From an uncultured virus (IMG/VR IMGVR_UViG_3300024354_000012) (taxonomy: Duplodnaviria > Heunggongvirae > Uroviricota > Caudoviricetes): DNA of 64,000 nt. The stretch lies in IMG/VR virus record IMGVR_UViG_3300024354_000012; one strand, given 5' to 3'. The translations under genes were made by a program, and so were the position numbers. The notes under the pieces were generated by a model that ran no database searches, was not told the DNA's origin, and saw only the letters and a program-made list of their open reading frames with translations. Shown here in pieces: positions 35,685 through 44,559 of the stretch. Within the stretch, counting starts at the first letter, position 1. The number at the start of each line of letters is the position of its first letter.

Positions 35685-35900
35685 ATGACTATAGAAGATT
35701 TACAACATATTTTTCAGCCTCAGATTGACGAAGGCACAACCAAACTCTACTATATGTTAGTAGACGCATTTACGCCTGACTCAGGTATTACTGGTACGGT
35801 GTTGCGACACGATGTAAACGATCTCGAATCTCTGTTACCCATGCTGGACTGTTTTCAATACGCTGGAACTAGAGCAAGAATGCCAAGGTTTAGAAAATGA
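35685..35900 (+). CDS. hypothetical protein
   Basis: AGGT RBS, co-oriented. Confidence 0.55.
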   Translation: MTIEDLQHIFQPQIDEGTTKLYYMLVDAFTPDSGITGTVLRHDVNDLESLLPMLDCFQYAGTRARMPRFRK

Positions 35901-35968
35901 CGCCAGAATATGGCGGCAGGTAGGTCGACAGCGGCACGGCTGATTAAAGAACATTTCGGAGTTGAAGA

Positions 35969-36532
35969 ATGAAACCGTGGATACAGAACGTAAGCCTTAG
36001 CGATGTCCGTAAGGGATTCCACATCGACGCTGGTATCAATTCTATGTTGATCCAGATCGTAGATCCCGGTATGGAGTTTCCTACACCTTCTTATCAATTC
36101 CGCGAGGTCCATCAATTTGAATTCTTGGATGTCGAAGAAAAAGATGAGGTCTTGGAAGAAGCCATGCGATGCTCGCATGAGCAGGCAGCTGAACTAGTAC
36201 GACTGCTAGAACATGCGATGGAACAGCATATGAATGTAGTTGTCCATTGTGTAGCCGGAGTCTGTCGTTCGGGTGCTGTCTGTGAAATCGGTGTCATGAT
36301 GGGCTTCCGAGACACAGAAGCTTTCCGTAGCCCTAATCTTCTAGTCAAGCATCGCATGATGAAACAGTTAGGTTGGACCTACGACGAGAATGAACCTCAT
36401 ACCATCAATGGTTATACTACTGATGCGGGGATCGTTCTTCCTAAGACCATAGACTGGGATACTGATAACGAAAAGGTCTTTACACTAGCGGCAGAACGTC
36501 GTGAGCGTAGACAGCGTGAAGGCGATATTTAA
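35969..36532 (+). CDS. dual-specificity/tyrosine phosphatase-like protein
   Basis: VHCVAGVCRSG (HCxxGxxRS). Confidence 0.85.
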   Translation: MKPWIQNVSLSDVRKGFHIDAGINSMLIQIVDPGMEFPTPSYQFREVHQFEFLDVEEKDEVLEEAMRCSHEQAAELVRLLEHAMEQHMNVVVHCVAGVCRSGAVCEIGVMMGFRDTEAFRSPNLLVKHRMMKQLGWTYDENEPHTINGYTTDAGIVLPKTIDWDTDNEKVFTLAAERRERRQREGDI

Positions 36533-36553
36533 ACTGTGGCTTTTTTACAACAG

Positions 36554-36589
36554 CCCTGTAACCTATTTTGGTTGACAGGGTTTCTTTTT
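36554..36589 (+). terminator. intrinsic terminator overlapping the next -35 box
   Basis: CCCTGT-AACC / GGTT-G-ACAGGG followed by T-rich tail. Confidence 0.6.
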
Positions 36590-36600
36590 GGTGCTACAAT
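36572..36600 (+). promoter_or_regulatory. sigma70-type promoter
   Basis: TTGACA-17nt-TACAAT. Confidence 0.8.
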
Positions 36601-36635
36601 AGACAAAGAATGAAAGTAAAAGAAAGAGGGCGAGT

Positions 36636-37070
36636 ATGTCAGTATTCAAAGATTTGATCGGAAAAAGAATCAACGGAGTGTTCGTTGGTAACGAAAACTG
36701 GAGCCTTGTGTTCCGTACGACCGATGGTAAGTTCTATCGTTACGACACTAGAAATGATTGCTGTAACAGTGTGTGGGTAAATCATATCACTGGTGTCGAC
36801 TGTGTGGGTAAAGGCGACTCCTTTGACATCATCAAAGGTGCTCTTGTTATCGACACCGAAGACAAAGGATGGGGTGAGAACCGAAGCGACGACGAAGACG
36901 GTTACGAAGTCATCCAAGATGGCTTCTGGACTATCAAGACCGACCGAGGTTATATCGATATCGAAGTTCGTAACAGCCACAATGGTTACTACGGCGGCGA
37001 CATCGAGTTCCAAGAAAACGAAGGTGTTTCAGATATCGACAACTTCAAACAAGTATTAGAAGATTTTTAA
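36636..37070 (+). CDS. hypothetical phage protein
   Basis: NDCC and HNGYYGG motifs. Confidence 0.7.
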   Translation: MSVFKDLIGKRINGVFVGNENWSLVFRTTDGKFYRYDTRNDCCNSVWVNHITGVDCVGKGDSFDIIKGALVIDTEDKGWGENRSDDEDGYEVIQDGFWTIKTDRGYIDIEVRNSHNGYYGGDIEFQENEGVSDIDNFKQVLEDF

Positions 37071-37084
37071 GAAAGGAGGGCACA

Positions 37085-37690
37085 ATGCCTAGTGTATTTT
37101 TAGTTAGCGATACGCACTTTGGTCACGCAGGTGTGTGCCGCTTCACACGTAACGACGGTGTTACAAAGTTGCGTCCATGGACTGATCCAGACGAAATGGA
37201 TGAAGCTATGGTCAAGGCTTGGAACGAACGTGTCAAGCCCACGGACAAGGTCTATCATTTAGGCGACGTGGTTATAAACCGCAAGGCAATGAAGACATTG
37301 GCTCGGTTGAACGGTGACAAGGTCTTGATCCGTGGTAACCACGATATCTTCCGTGACGACGAGTACAGACAGTACTTCCGTGAGTTACGAGCATATCATG
37401 TTATGAACGGGATGATCTTAAGCCATATTCCTGTACACAGTGACAGCTTGGGACGTTTTGGTGTTAACATTCACGGACACTTACACGCAAACCGCGTTAA
37501 GAAAGCTCGTGGCGTTGATGCTCGCACAGGAGAAATCTTGTACAGCGAGGAAAACGATGTTCGTTATCATTGCGTCTGCGTAGAACAGACTCCGGACTTT
37601 GCGCCTATATTGTTTGAAGATGTTATCAAGAACATCGAAGCAGAAGGTGGAAGTGTTGGATTTCGAAACGGCAACGGTCCGGAGATGTAA
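37085..37690 (+). CDS. calcineurin-like metallophosphoesterase
   Basis: SDTHFGH, LGD, GNHD, SH, HGHLH. Confidence 0.9.
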   Translation: MPSVFLVSDTHFGHAGVCRFTRNDGVTKLRPWTDPDEMDEAMVKAWNERVKPTDKVYHLGDVVINRKAMKTLARLNGDKVLIRGNHDIFRDDEYRQYFRELRAYHVMNGMILSHIPVHSDSLGRFGVNIHGHLHANRVKKARGVDARTGEILYSEENDVRYHCVCVEQTPDFAPILFEDVIKNIEAEGGSVGFRNGNGPEM

Positions 37691-38154
37691 TGCCAAAATG
37701 TTATCAACTTATCGGAGTCCCAGGTAGTGGAAAATCTACCTGGGTTTCCAATCAAGAGTGGGCCAAAGATTGTAGTATTGTATCCACCGATGCATGGGTA
37801 GAAGATTACGCAAAACGAATGGGAAAAACTTATTCAGAAGTTTTTACTGAATACATGCCTGTAGCAGTAAAGCTAATGGCTGATCATGTTGTCAAATGCC
37901 GTCAAGATGGTATAGATATTATTTGGGATCAGACTAGTACTACTGTCAAAAGTCGTGCCCGAAAATTCAATATGTTGCCAGAATATGAGCATATTGCTGT
38001 AGTATTCCGTACACCCGAGCATACAGAACTCATGCGTCGGCTGATGAGTCGACCTGGTAAAGAAATTCCCGAACACGTTATTACTAGCATGATCGACGGA
38101 TGGGAAGATCCAACTGAGGAAGAAGGATTTAAAGAAATTTGGTACGCTCAATAA
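37690..38154 (+). CDS. P-loop kinase (AAA_33 / polynucleotide-kinase-like)
   Basis: GVPGSGKST, STD, DQT. Confidence 0.85.
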   Translation: MPKCYQLIGVPGSGKSTWVSNQEWAKDCSIVSTDAWVEDYAKRMGKTYSEVFTEYMPVAVKLMADHVVKCRQDGIDIIWDQTSTTVKSRARKFNMLPEYEHIAVVFRTPEHTELMRRLMSRPGKEIPEHVITSMIDGWEDPTEEEGFKEIWYAQ

Positions 38155-38179
38155 AAGGACCCTAGGGTCCTTTTTTTTT
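38153..38179 (+). terminator. palindromic, possibly bidirectional terminator
   Basis: AAAAGGACCCTAGGGTCCTTTTTTTTT. Confidence 0.8.
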
Positions 38180-38229
38180 GACTTTTTTTTGGAAATCAAT
38201 AAATACGCATATAATCCTGGAGAAATAAA

Positions 38230-38781
38230 ATGCTGCTTGGCCTTGATGACCTCAGGTTTAATCAAGAATGGTTAGACCTTTTGAAAAATGATCCCGTACA
38301 TCCCGATATACCTATACATGATCGTTTGATCGATGGTCGAACTGTGTTTGCTTTCGCACCAGAAGGCACTCCGGTAGCTATGGTCTGTGCCAAACTATCA
38401 GATCATATTAACAAATCAATGACTGATATCCTTAGCCCTAGCCAACAGAAAATGGTAGCTATGTTCTATACCGTATTCCGTTTGCCTGGAGCAGCAGGCA
38501 GTGTCGGAGCCGATATCATCAATCAGGCTATCGCATACTGTAAATCTCAAGGTGTAGAACAACTTTACACTCTAAGCCCAATCCCTAGCCTCAGGAAAAA
38601 TTTCGTCGAAATGCCCACAGAAGAAGAAATTAGAGAATACATACAAGCTCGTAAAGATCCTGTAGCTCGTTTCCATTTGGGCAATGGTGCTCGTTTAGCT
38701 GGTGTTAATTTCGCAGCCGATTCTAGTCCAAAACGTTTGGAAGAAAGCTGGGGGATTATGGTGAACTACGATTATTCTTAG
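38230..38781 (+). CDS. malonyl-CoA decarboxylase C-terminal-domain-like protein
   Basis: AMFY, TLSPIP, DPVARFHLGNGARL, GIMVNY. Confidence 0.8.
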   Translation: MLLGLDDLRFNQEWLDLLKNDPVHPDIPIHDRLIDGRTVFAFAPEGTPVAMVCAKLSDHINKSMTDILSPSQQKMVAMFYTVFRLPGAAGSVGADIINQAIAYCKSQGVEQLYTLSPIPSLRKNFVEMPTEEEIREYIQARKDPVARFHLGNGARLAGVNFAADSSPKRLEESWGIMVNYDYS

Positions 38782-38865
38782 CTCGTTTTAAATTTTGGCG
38801 TGTGCTATACTAAATCATACCTCAGATAAATAACTTTGGACGGAGCGTCCTTGATTGGTGGATTT

Positions 38866-39510
38866 ATGCGCAAACGTATAGCTCTTTTTCTCAGCCACCC
38901 AAAATGTTCGATTCAATGCGGCAACGGCATGATCAGGGCCCTAAGCCCACATTACGATTTCAAAATTTTCAGCAAACACAGTCTAGAAGATGACTTCTTC
39001 GACGATGTCGATATAATCGCCATGCCCGGAGGCATAGGTGATTCCGACAGCTTCTTCAAACTTTTCAAAGAAAACGGTGAACGAGTCAAAGAATTTATAG
39101 ACAACGGCGGATATTATTTGGGCATATGTATGGGCGCCTATTGGGCTGGCAGCAGATATTTTGATATACTAGAAGATGTAGATGCTGAACAATATATCAC
39201 ACGCCCAAACACAGACACAAGAAGGCCTCACCCAAAAAATATGCCCGTAGTTTGGAACGGTCAAAAAACCAATATGTATTTCTACGATGGCTGCGCACTA
39301 GTAGGCAATAGAAATAAATTCCAAACCATAGCCACATACAGCAACGGTGATCCTATGGCTATCATACAAAATCGTATAGGAGTCATCGGGTGTCACCCTG
39401 AAAGCGAACCACACTGGTTTGAATTACAGAGCTGGATGAAAGGCAAATATCATAACGGTGTTCATCACCAATTACTGCTTGATTTTGTTGACAGGCTAAC
39501 TAACAGATAG
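38866..39510 (+). CDS. class I glutamine amidotransferase-like (BPL-N) protein
   Basis: MPGG, YLGICMGAY, CHPE. Confidence 0.8.
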   Translation: MRKRIALFLSHPKCSIQCGNGMIRALSPHYDFKIFSKHSLEDDFFDDVDIIAMPGGIGDSDSFFKLFKENGERVKEFIDNGGYYLGICMGAYWAGSRYFDILEDVDAEQYITRPNTDTRRPHPKNMPVVWNGQKTNMYFYDGCALVGNRNKFQTIATYSNGDPMAIIQNRIGVIGCHPESEPHWFELQSWMKGKYHNGVHHQLLLDFVDRLTNR

Positions 39511-39544
39511 TACACTAGTCTAATAAAGTTACAAAGGTTTTATT

Positions 39545-39769
39545 ATGGACATGAATTCACTGGCTGTTTGGTTAGCCGGTTGCGTACTGTTTTCGTTAGG
39601 CGTAGTTGTTATCATGGCGGCTGTTATCGTCATTAATAATTTGATCCACAGATTTTGGAAACCAGTTACATTTTTCTATACACAACACGGATTATTTCCT
39701 ACAGTAAGATTTGTTACACAAGAAGAACTGATACAAATAGAACAGGAAAAGGAAAAGAAAAATGTCTAA
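39545..39769 (+). CDS. small membrane protein
   Basis: hydrophobic helix; TTGACA-17-TACACT promoter upstream. Confidence 0.65.
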   Translation: MDMNSLAVWLAGCVLFSLGVVVIMAAVIVINNLIHRFWKPVTFFYTQHGLFPTVRFVTQEELIQIEQEKEKKNV

Positions 39770-39983
39770 CCTAATATGGAATTCAACACTAGACAGCATA
39801 TATGATTGTGAAGTTACCAGGATCGACGAACGTACTGGTCTGCTCAAGGTAACTAATAGTGAGTCCAAGTCTGTACTTTTAGAAAAAACCGTAGGTCTCA
39901 GTTACGGTTCAATATTTGGTCCAGATGTAGAAGATGTCGCGATTTGGCAAGAACTAGCCGTCAAAGCCGTAGACAGCCAATAA
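39762..39983 (+). CDS. hypothetical protein
   Basis: coupled ORF. Confidence 0.65.
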   Translation: MSNLIWNSTLDSIYDCEVTRIDERTGLLKVTNSESKSVLLEKTVGLSYGSIFGPDVEDVAIWQELAVKAVDSQ

Positions 39984-39989
39984 TACGTT

Positions 39990-40038
39990 ATTGATTTTTT
40001 CAATAACGCTCATAGAAATATTTTTAGAAAAAACCTAT
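39990..40038 (+). promoter_or_regulatory. OxyR/LysR-type operator upstream of ahpC
   Basis: ATTG-N7-CAAT-N7-ATAG, then TTAG-N7-CTAT abutting -35 TTGATT. Confidence 0.6.
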
Positions 40039-40119
40039 TGATTTAGGTTTTTAATAGACTATATAATAACTGTATAGAGCAAAAGTTCTATCAGGTTTTA
40101 ACACACACAAGGAGAAAAT

Positions 40120-40659
40120 ATGAAAACCGTTGGTAATAAACTAGACCCATTTGTGATCACTGGCGTCAAGCCTGGTCAACCCGAAGATGCTTTCTTCGAT
40201 ATCACACACGAATCATTTCCAGGCAAGTGGAAAGTAATCGTGTATTACCCAAAGGACTTTACATTCGTATGTCCTACTGAAATCGTAGCCTACGACAAAT
40301 TGTCTAAAGATTTCGAAGACCGTGATGCTGTATTGCTAACTGGTTCAACAGACAATGAGTTCTGTAAGGTAGCTTGGCAGAACGCACACGAAGATCTCAA
40401 GAAGATTACTCACACACAGTTTGCTGATACACAGCGTGGCGAAAACAGTTTGATCGAACAGCTTGGTGTATTTTATGCTCCAGCAGGTGCCGCACTTCGT
40501 GCCACTTTCATTGTTGATCCAAACAATGAGATCCAACACGTTACTGTTAACAACTTGAACGTTGGTCGTAGCCCAGAGGAAACTCTACGTATCCTCGACG
40601 CTCTCCAAACTGGCGAGTTGTGCGCATGTAATCGTAAGGTTGGTGGCGAAACTCTTTAA
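40120..40659 (+). CDS. ahpC: peroxiredoxin AhpC
   Basis: YPKDFTFVCPTE; LCACN. Confidence 0.95.
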   Translation: MKTVGNKLDPFVITGVKPGQPEDAFFDITHESFPGKWKVIVYYPKDFTFVCPTEIVAYDKLSKDFEDRDAVLLTGSTDNEFCKVAWQNAHEDLKKITHTQFADTQRGENSLIEQLGVFYAPAGAALRATFIVDPNNEIQHVTVNNLNVGRSPEETLRILDALQTGELCACNRKVGGETL

Positions 40660-40669
40660 TAGGTGAACC

Positions 40670-41077
40670 ATGCTTGAGTGTTTGATATTAGGTGACAGCA
40701 TAGCAGTAGGTACTATCCAGGCTAGACCTGGTTGTGTTGAAATGGCCAAAGGTGGCATCAACAGTTGGCAATGGAACAAACAATTCAGCGATCGTCCGGC
40801 ACTGGACGGAATGGAATATAAGTTTGTTGTGATCAGTCTAGGTTCGAACGATCACAAAGGTGTCAACACAGAAAAGGAAATACTTGCTATCAGAGAAAAG
40901 GTAATCGCTAAACACGTTTACTGGATCCTTCCTGCTATCAAACCAGATGTACAAGCGATCGTACAAAAGGTTGCGGGTAGGTATGGCGATACTGTCCTAC
41001 CGATCCGCACTCTTTCTAAAGACGGCGTACATCCTACAGGCAAAGGTTACAAAGAAATAGCAGAGACACTAAAATGA
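40670..41077 (+). CDS. SGNH/GDSL hydrolase
   Basis: GDS, GSND, DGVHP. Confidence 0.8.
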   Translation: MLECLILGDSIAVGTIQARPGCVEMAKGGINSWQWNKQFSDRPALDGMEYKFVVISLGSNDHKGVNTEKEILAIREKVIAKHVYWILPAIKPDVQAIVQKVAGRYGDTVLPIRTLSKDGVHPTGKGYKEIAETLK

Positions 41078-41589
41078 CAACATGGGTAGATCAAATCAAA
41101 GAGGCATTGCCAGATTATGCCAAAGACACTAGACTTAATCTGGACGCGGTTATTAATCGCAGCACATTGGATCCAATCGAGGCAAACGGTTGCGCACTCG
41201 CCGCAGCCATGGCTACCGGCAATGGAAAGCTGGTTACATTCATTCAGTCTGGGATTGAAGACACTGTTGAGCGCGATGCTGCGTTGACTGCTGCCGCTAT
41301 CATGGCACAGAATAACGTATGGTATCCATATGTTGAAATGGCTGATGATGCAAACCTCAAAGGTTTGCCAGCACAGCTACGCATGAATGCTATTGCCAGC
41401 CACGGCGGTACTACCAAGGCTCGTTTTGAATCATATAGCCTTGCTGCCAGTATCGTAGGCAAATGTCATTTCTGCGTCAAGGCGCACTATGAAACACTCA
41501 AGAAGGAAGGCTACACAGTAGAACAACTTCGAGACATAGGACGCATTGCCGCAGTAATTACATCAGTGGCAAGAGTATTAAATTCATGA
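41074..41589 (+). CDS. ahpD: alkylhydroperoxidase AhpD
   Basis: LPDYAKD, MAQNNVWY, KCHFCVKAH. Confidence 0.92.
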   Translation: MTTWVDQIKEALPDYAKDTRLNLDAVINRSTLDPIEANGCALAAAMATGNGKLVTFIQSGIEDTVERDAALTAAAIMAQNNVWYPYVEMADDANLKGLPAQLRMNAIASHGGTTKARFESYSLAASIVGKCHFCVKAHYETLKKEGYTVEQLRDIGRIAAVITSVARVLNS

Positions 41590-41780
41590 ATGTAAAACGT
41601 ATCAGAGTCTATAAAAGCACAGGGAGAAGTCCGGACTATATAAGTGTAGGAAAAAGTTGGCCTACATATGGTCCGGGCCAGACCCCGCCTAAAGAATCTC
41701 GCACAGACGAAGACTTTCGCCTGGAGCAAGAACGAATCGCTAGAGCAATTGAACAGGCTAAGAGCGGTTTGGTAAGATAA
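41586..41780 (+). CDS. hypothetical protein
   Basis: coupled ORF. Confidence 0.5.
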   Translation: MNVKRIRVYKSTGRSPDYISVGKSWPTYGPGQTPPKESRTDEDFRLEQERIARAIEQAKSGLVR

Positions 41781-41888
41781 ATAGTTGGACTAGATTTACA
41801 GTCACACTATAATACATTACTCCATAGCAATACTGCTATGCGTGTCAATATTCTATAGTCAAGGACTATAGCAACTAGAGGAAGTAAA

Positions 41889-42566
41889 ATGAAGAAAACT
41901 TTACTACTGTCTGCGGTAGCAGTTATCGCACTGGCGTCTGCCGGTATCGCTGCTGATCTACCAAAGAAGAAGAAGACTGAGCCTGCTGCGGCTGCTCCAG
42001 TCGTATCAGCAGTGCCTACTGAAAAACCAGTACAAGTAGCCAGTGCTGATACCACTATCGCTCTTGGATTCGGAATGGAATCTAATGACGGTGTTTACGA
42101 CACCGCTAACAAGTATGCCTATAAGGTAGCTGTTGAGCGTAACATCGGCGGTGGTGCGTTTGTTGGTGGTAATTTCCAAACCAGCCAAACACAACCAAAC
42201 AATGGTGCTATCAAGCAGAACATCGAAGTCATCGGCGGCTACAAGCTGCCAATGGGTCCTGTATCTGTCAAGGGAAGTTTAGGTGTCGGTGAACGTTATA
42301 CCGATGGCAATAACTTTTCTTACTATGTTGCTCGTGCTGGCGCAGACTATAAGCTGACCGACTCGATCACATTGAACGCTGCTCAATATCGTTATCGTAA
42401 TGCGTTCGACACTACCAACAACTATCAGAGCCACCAAATCGGCACTGGTATGACTTTCAACTACACGCAGAATCAGGCCATCTATGCCAATGTCTACCGT
42501 AACCTAGACAGCGGTTTCAATGTCACTGACAATGGTGTAGAAATGGGACTTAAGGTTTCTTTCTAA
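41889..42566 (+). CDS. outer-membrane beta-barrel (porin-like) protein
   Basis: signal peptide, amphipathic strands, C-terminal Phe. Confidence 0.75.
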   Translation: MKKTLLLSAVAVIALASAGIAADLPKKKKTEPAAAAPVVSAVPTEKPVQVASADTTIALGFGMESNDGVYDTANKYAYKVAVERNIGGGAFVGGNFQTSQTQPNNGAIKQNIEVIGGYKLPMGPVSVKGSLGVGERYTDGNNFSYYVARAGADYKLTDSITLNAAQYRYRNAFDTTNNYQSHQIGTGMTFNYTQNQAIYANVYRNLDSGFNVTDNGVEMGLKVSF

Positions 42567-42572
42567 TTAACT

Positions 42573-42602
42573 GAAATAGCGGCGAGAGTCGCTATTTCCT
42601 TT
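42573..42602 (+). terminator. hairpin terminator
   Basis: GAAATAGCG...CGCTATTTC. Confidence 0.6.
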
Positions 42603-42700
42603 ATATCATTTTCATGATTTTCACTATGTTTTTGAAGTTGGTTTTCCTGTAATATTACGATACATACTGTACACAAGTATGTTTCATAAAGGAGAATATT

Positions 42701-42772
42701 ATGTGGACCAAACCAGAAGCAGTTGAAATGCGATATGGTTTCGAAATCACTATGTACGTGATGAATCGATAA
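42701..42772 (+). CDS. pqqA: pyrroloquinoline quinone precursor peptide PqqA
   Basis: MWTKPEAVEMRYGFEITMYVMNR with ExxxY core; AAGGAG RBS. Confidence 0.92.
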   Translation: MWTKPEAVEMRYGFEITMYVMNR

Positions 42773-42774
42773 CC

Positions 42775-42807
42775 AAAAAAGGCCCTAAGCGATTAGGGCT
42801 TTTTTTT
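42775..42807 (+). terminator. intrinsic terminator after pqqA
   Basis: GCCCTAA/TTAGGGC stem plus T run. Confidence 0.85.
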
Positions 42808-42855
42808 GACTAAAATACCGTTGTACTTTAAATACTTTCCTGCTATACTAAATTT

Positions 42856-42966
42856 GTGGCCGTGAGTGGAATATGGCAGACCTCCAATCCGTTGTGAAAC
42901 GCATTCGGGAAAGGGACACAGGCATAGCCGCCGTCTTTGTAGGTTCGAATCCTACCGGCCACACCA
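42856..42966 (+). ncRNA. tRNA-like RNA (111 nt) with non-canonical anticodon region
   Basis: GTGGCCG/CGGCCAC acceptor, D-like loop, GTAGGTTCGAATCCTAC T arm, ACCA. Confidence 0.7.
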
Positions 42967-43007
42967 ATTACTACTATAAGTAGATACACATAACTTAAGG
43001 AAAAATT

Positions 43008-43199
43008 ATGTCAACAGTAAATCAAATCACAGAAGCAGTAACAGCATGGAAAGCAGAAGATGACAAGTTCACCGCAGGCAATGGTGCCGCAGGTACTCGT
43101 GCTCGCAAGGCACTAGCAGAACTTAGCAAGTTGATCAAGGCACGCCGTAACGAAATCACGGCAGAAAAGAACGCCCGCAAAGAAGCTAAGGCAAAGTAA
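43008..43199 (+). CDS. Hc1-like (histone H1-like) small basic protein
   Basis: KF..GN.AAGTRARKAL..L.K...R. Confidence 0.75.
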   Translation: MSTVNQITEAVTAWKAEDDKFTAGNGAAGTRARKALAELSKLIKARRNEITAEKNARKEAKAK

Positions 43200-43209
43200 A
43201 CAAGACGAC

Positions 43210-43626
43210 ATGAGCACATGTTACCCAAATACTATCACAGTCGGTAGTGGTGCTACCGGTAGCACTACCTACACTACTGCTGGTGCTACTGTCGGAGGTA
43301 TTACTACTATACCGATTGGAAATGTTACTATAGGTAGTGGTAATAGCCCTTACACGTATAGTAGCGGAACAACATGGACTACTTCTCCTATCTATACCAC
43401 TGGCAGTAATGGTAGTTCAATAAAGGTAACAGGCGATGCCGAGTTTGATGGCGATGTAAAAATCAAAGGTCATAGTCTGATGAAACTTTTAGAAAAGATG
43501 GAAGACCGTCTAGCTATTTTAATGGATCCTGATCCAGAGAAATTAGAAAAATTCGCAGCATTAAAAAAGGCTTACGAGAATTACAAATTGCTAGAAAAAC
43601 TTTGCCAAGAAGAAAAAGATAAGTGA
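43210..43626 (+). CDS. hypothetical protein, Thr/Gly-rich N-terminus
   Basis: co-oriented ORF. Confidence 0.65.
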   Translation: MSTCYPNTITVGSGATGSTTYTTAGATVGGITTIPIGNVTIGSGNSPYTYSSGTTWTTSPIYTTGSNGSSIKVTGDAEFDGDVKIKGHSLMKLLEKMEDRLAILMDPDPEKLEKFAALKKAYENYKLLEKLCQEEKDK

Positions 43627-44192
43627 TGTTATTAAGAGTCTATGATGATCTGATACCTCAACACTTACAGGATTATCTAGAGATGATCTGTTTAGGTAAG
43701 TCAGGTGATCAGCTCATACATCCCGCAGTAGATTTTAGATGTAAGTACGAAACCACAGCAAAGGAAGATGAACGATCTTATGCTCCGCTGAGTTTCGTAC
43801 ACATCCTTAAATCGAGCACAGCGACTTCTACTCACATGGATAACTTCGGTCTAGTGCCCATGGCAGTTTGCCAAGAAAATAATCTTATCATAAACAGTAT
43901 ACCTGTAGCAAGAGTTTTTATAACATTGCCATACGATACAGAATTAGATCATTATGCTCCGCATGTAGATTATCCTGGTGAGCATACTGTGGTAATTTAC
44001 TACGTCAACGACGCAGATGGCGATACTGTGTTCTTTGATCAATCAGGTAAAAACATCATCAAACGTGTCAGCCCAAAGAAAGGAAGAGTCGTGATCTTCG
44101 ATGGCCGTATACTACACGGAGGTGGTATACCTAAGAAAGGCCCTCGTTGTATCGTAAACTACGATCTACACACTTCAAATGGAAAAAGATAA
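43623..44192 (+). CDS. 2OG-Fe(II) oxygenase
   Basis: PHVD, YYVND, FDG..LH, R. Confidence 0.85.
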   Translation: MMLLRVYDDLIPQHLQDYLEMICLGKSGDQLIHPAVDFRCKYETTAKEDERSYAPLSFVHILKSSTATSTHMDNFGLVPMAVCQENNLIINSIPVARVFITLPYDTELDHYAPHVDYPGEHTVVIYYVNDADGDTVFFDQSGKNIIKRVSPKKGRVVIFDGRILHGGGIPKKGPRCIVNYDLHTSNGKR

Positions 44193-44559
44193 ACTGAGAA
44201 AATTCTGCGAACATTACGAAGTTCAAATCTTGAACGATCAGAATCGCACACAGAGATATAGGCGTCCTAATTTTTTCGCATATCCGCTCGATGCCGATGT
44301 TATCGATATCGCTTCGGAATTTTATGAAGAAAGATTGTACACAGTACAGATTCCCGAAAGCCGTTTAAAGACTCTAGTAGAAATGGAAGAAATGTTTTTC
44401 CGTGCTAGAGAACACGGACAGGGCAAAGACATGTTCGATATGCTGATGGAAAAAGAACGTGAAGAAAGAAATTTTAGGAATACAAACGAAGCTGTCAAAA
44501 AAGCCTACGAACAGTATTCCATGCTATTGAATCTAGCAGGATATCAAAGAAAGATATGA
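44179..44559 (+). CDS. hypothetical protein
   Basis: coupled ORF. Confidence 0.7.
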   Translation: MEKDKLRKFCEHYEVQILNDQNRTQRYRRPNFFAYPLDADVIDIASEFYEERLYTVQIPESRLKTLVEMEEMFFRAREHGQGKDMFDMLMEKEREERNFRNTNEAVKKAYEQYSMLLNLAGYQRKI

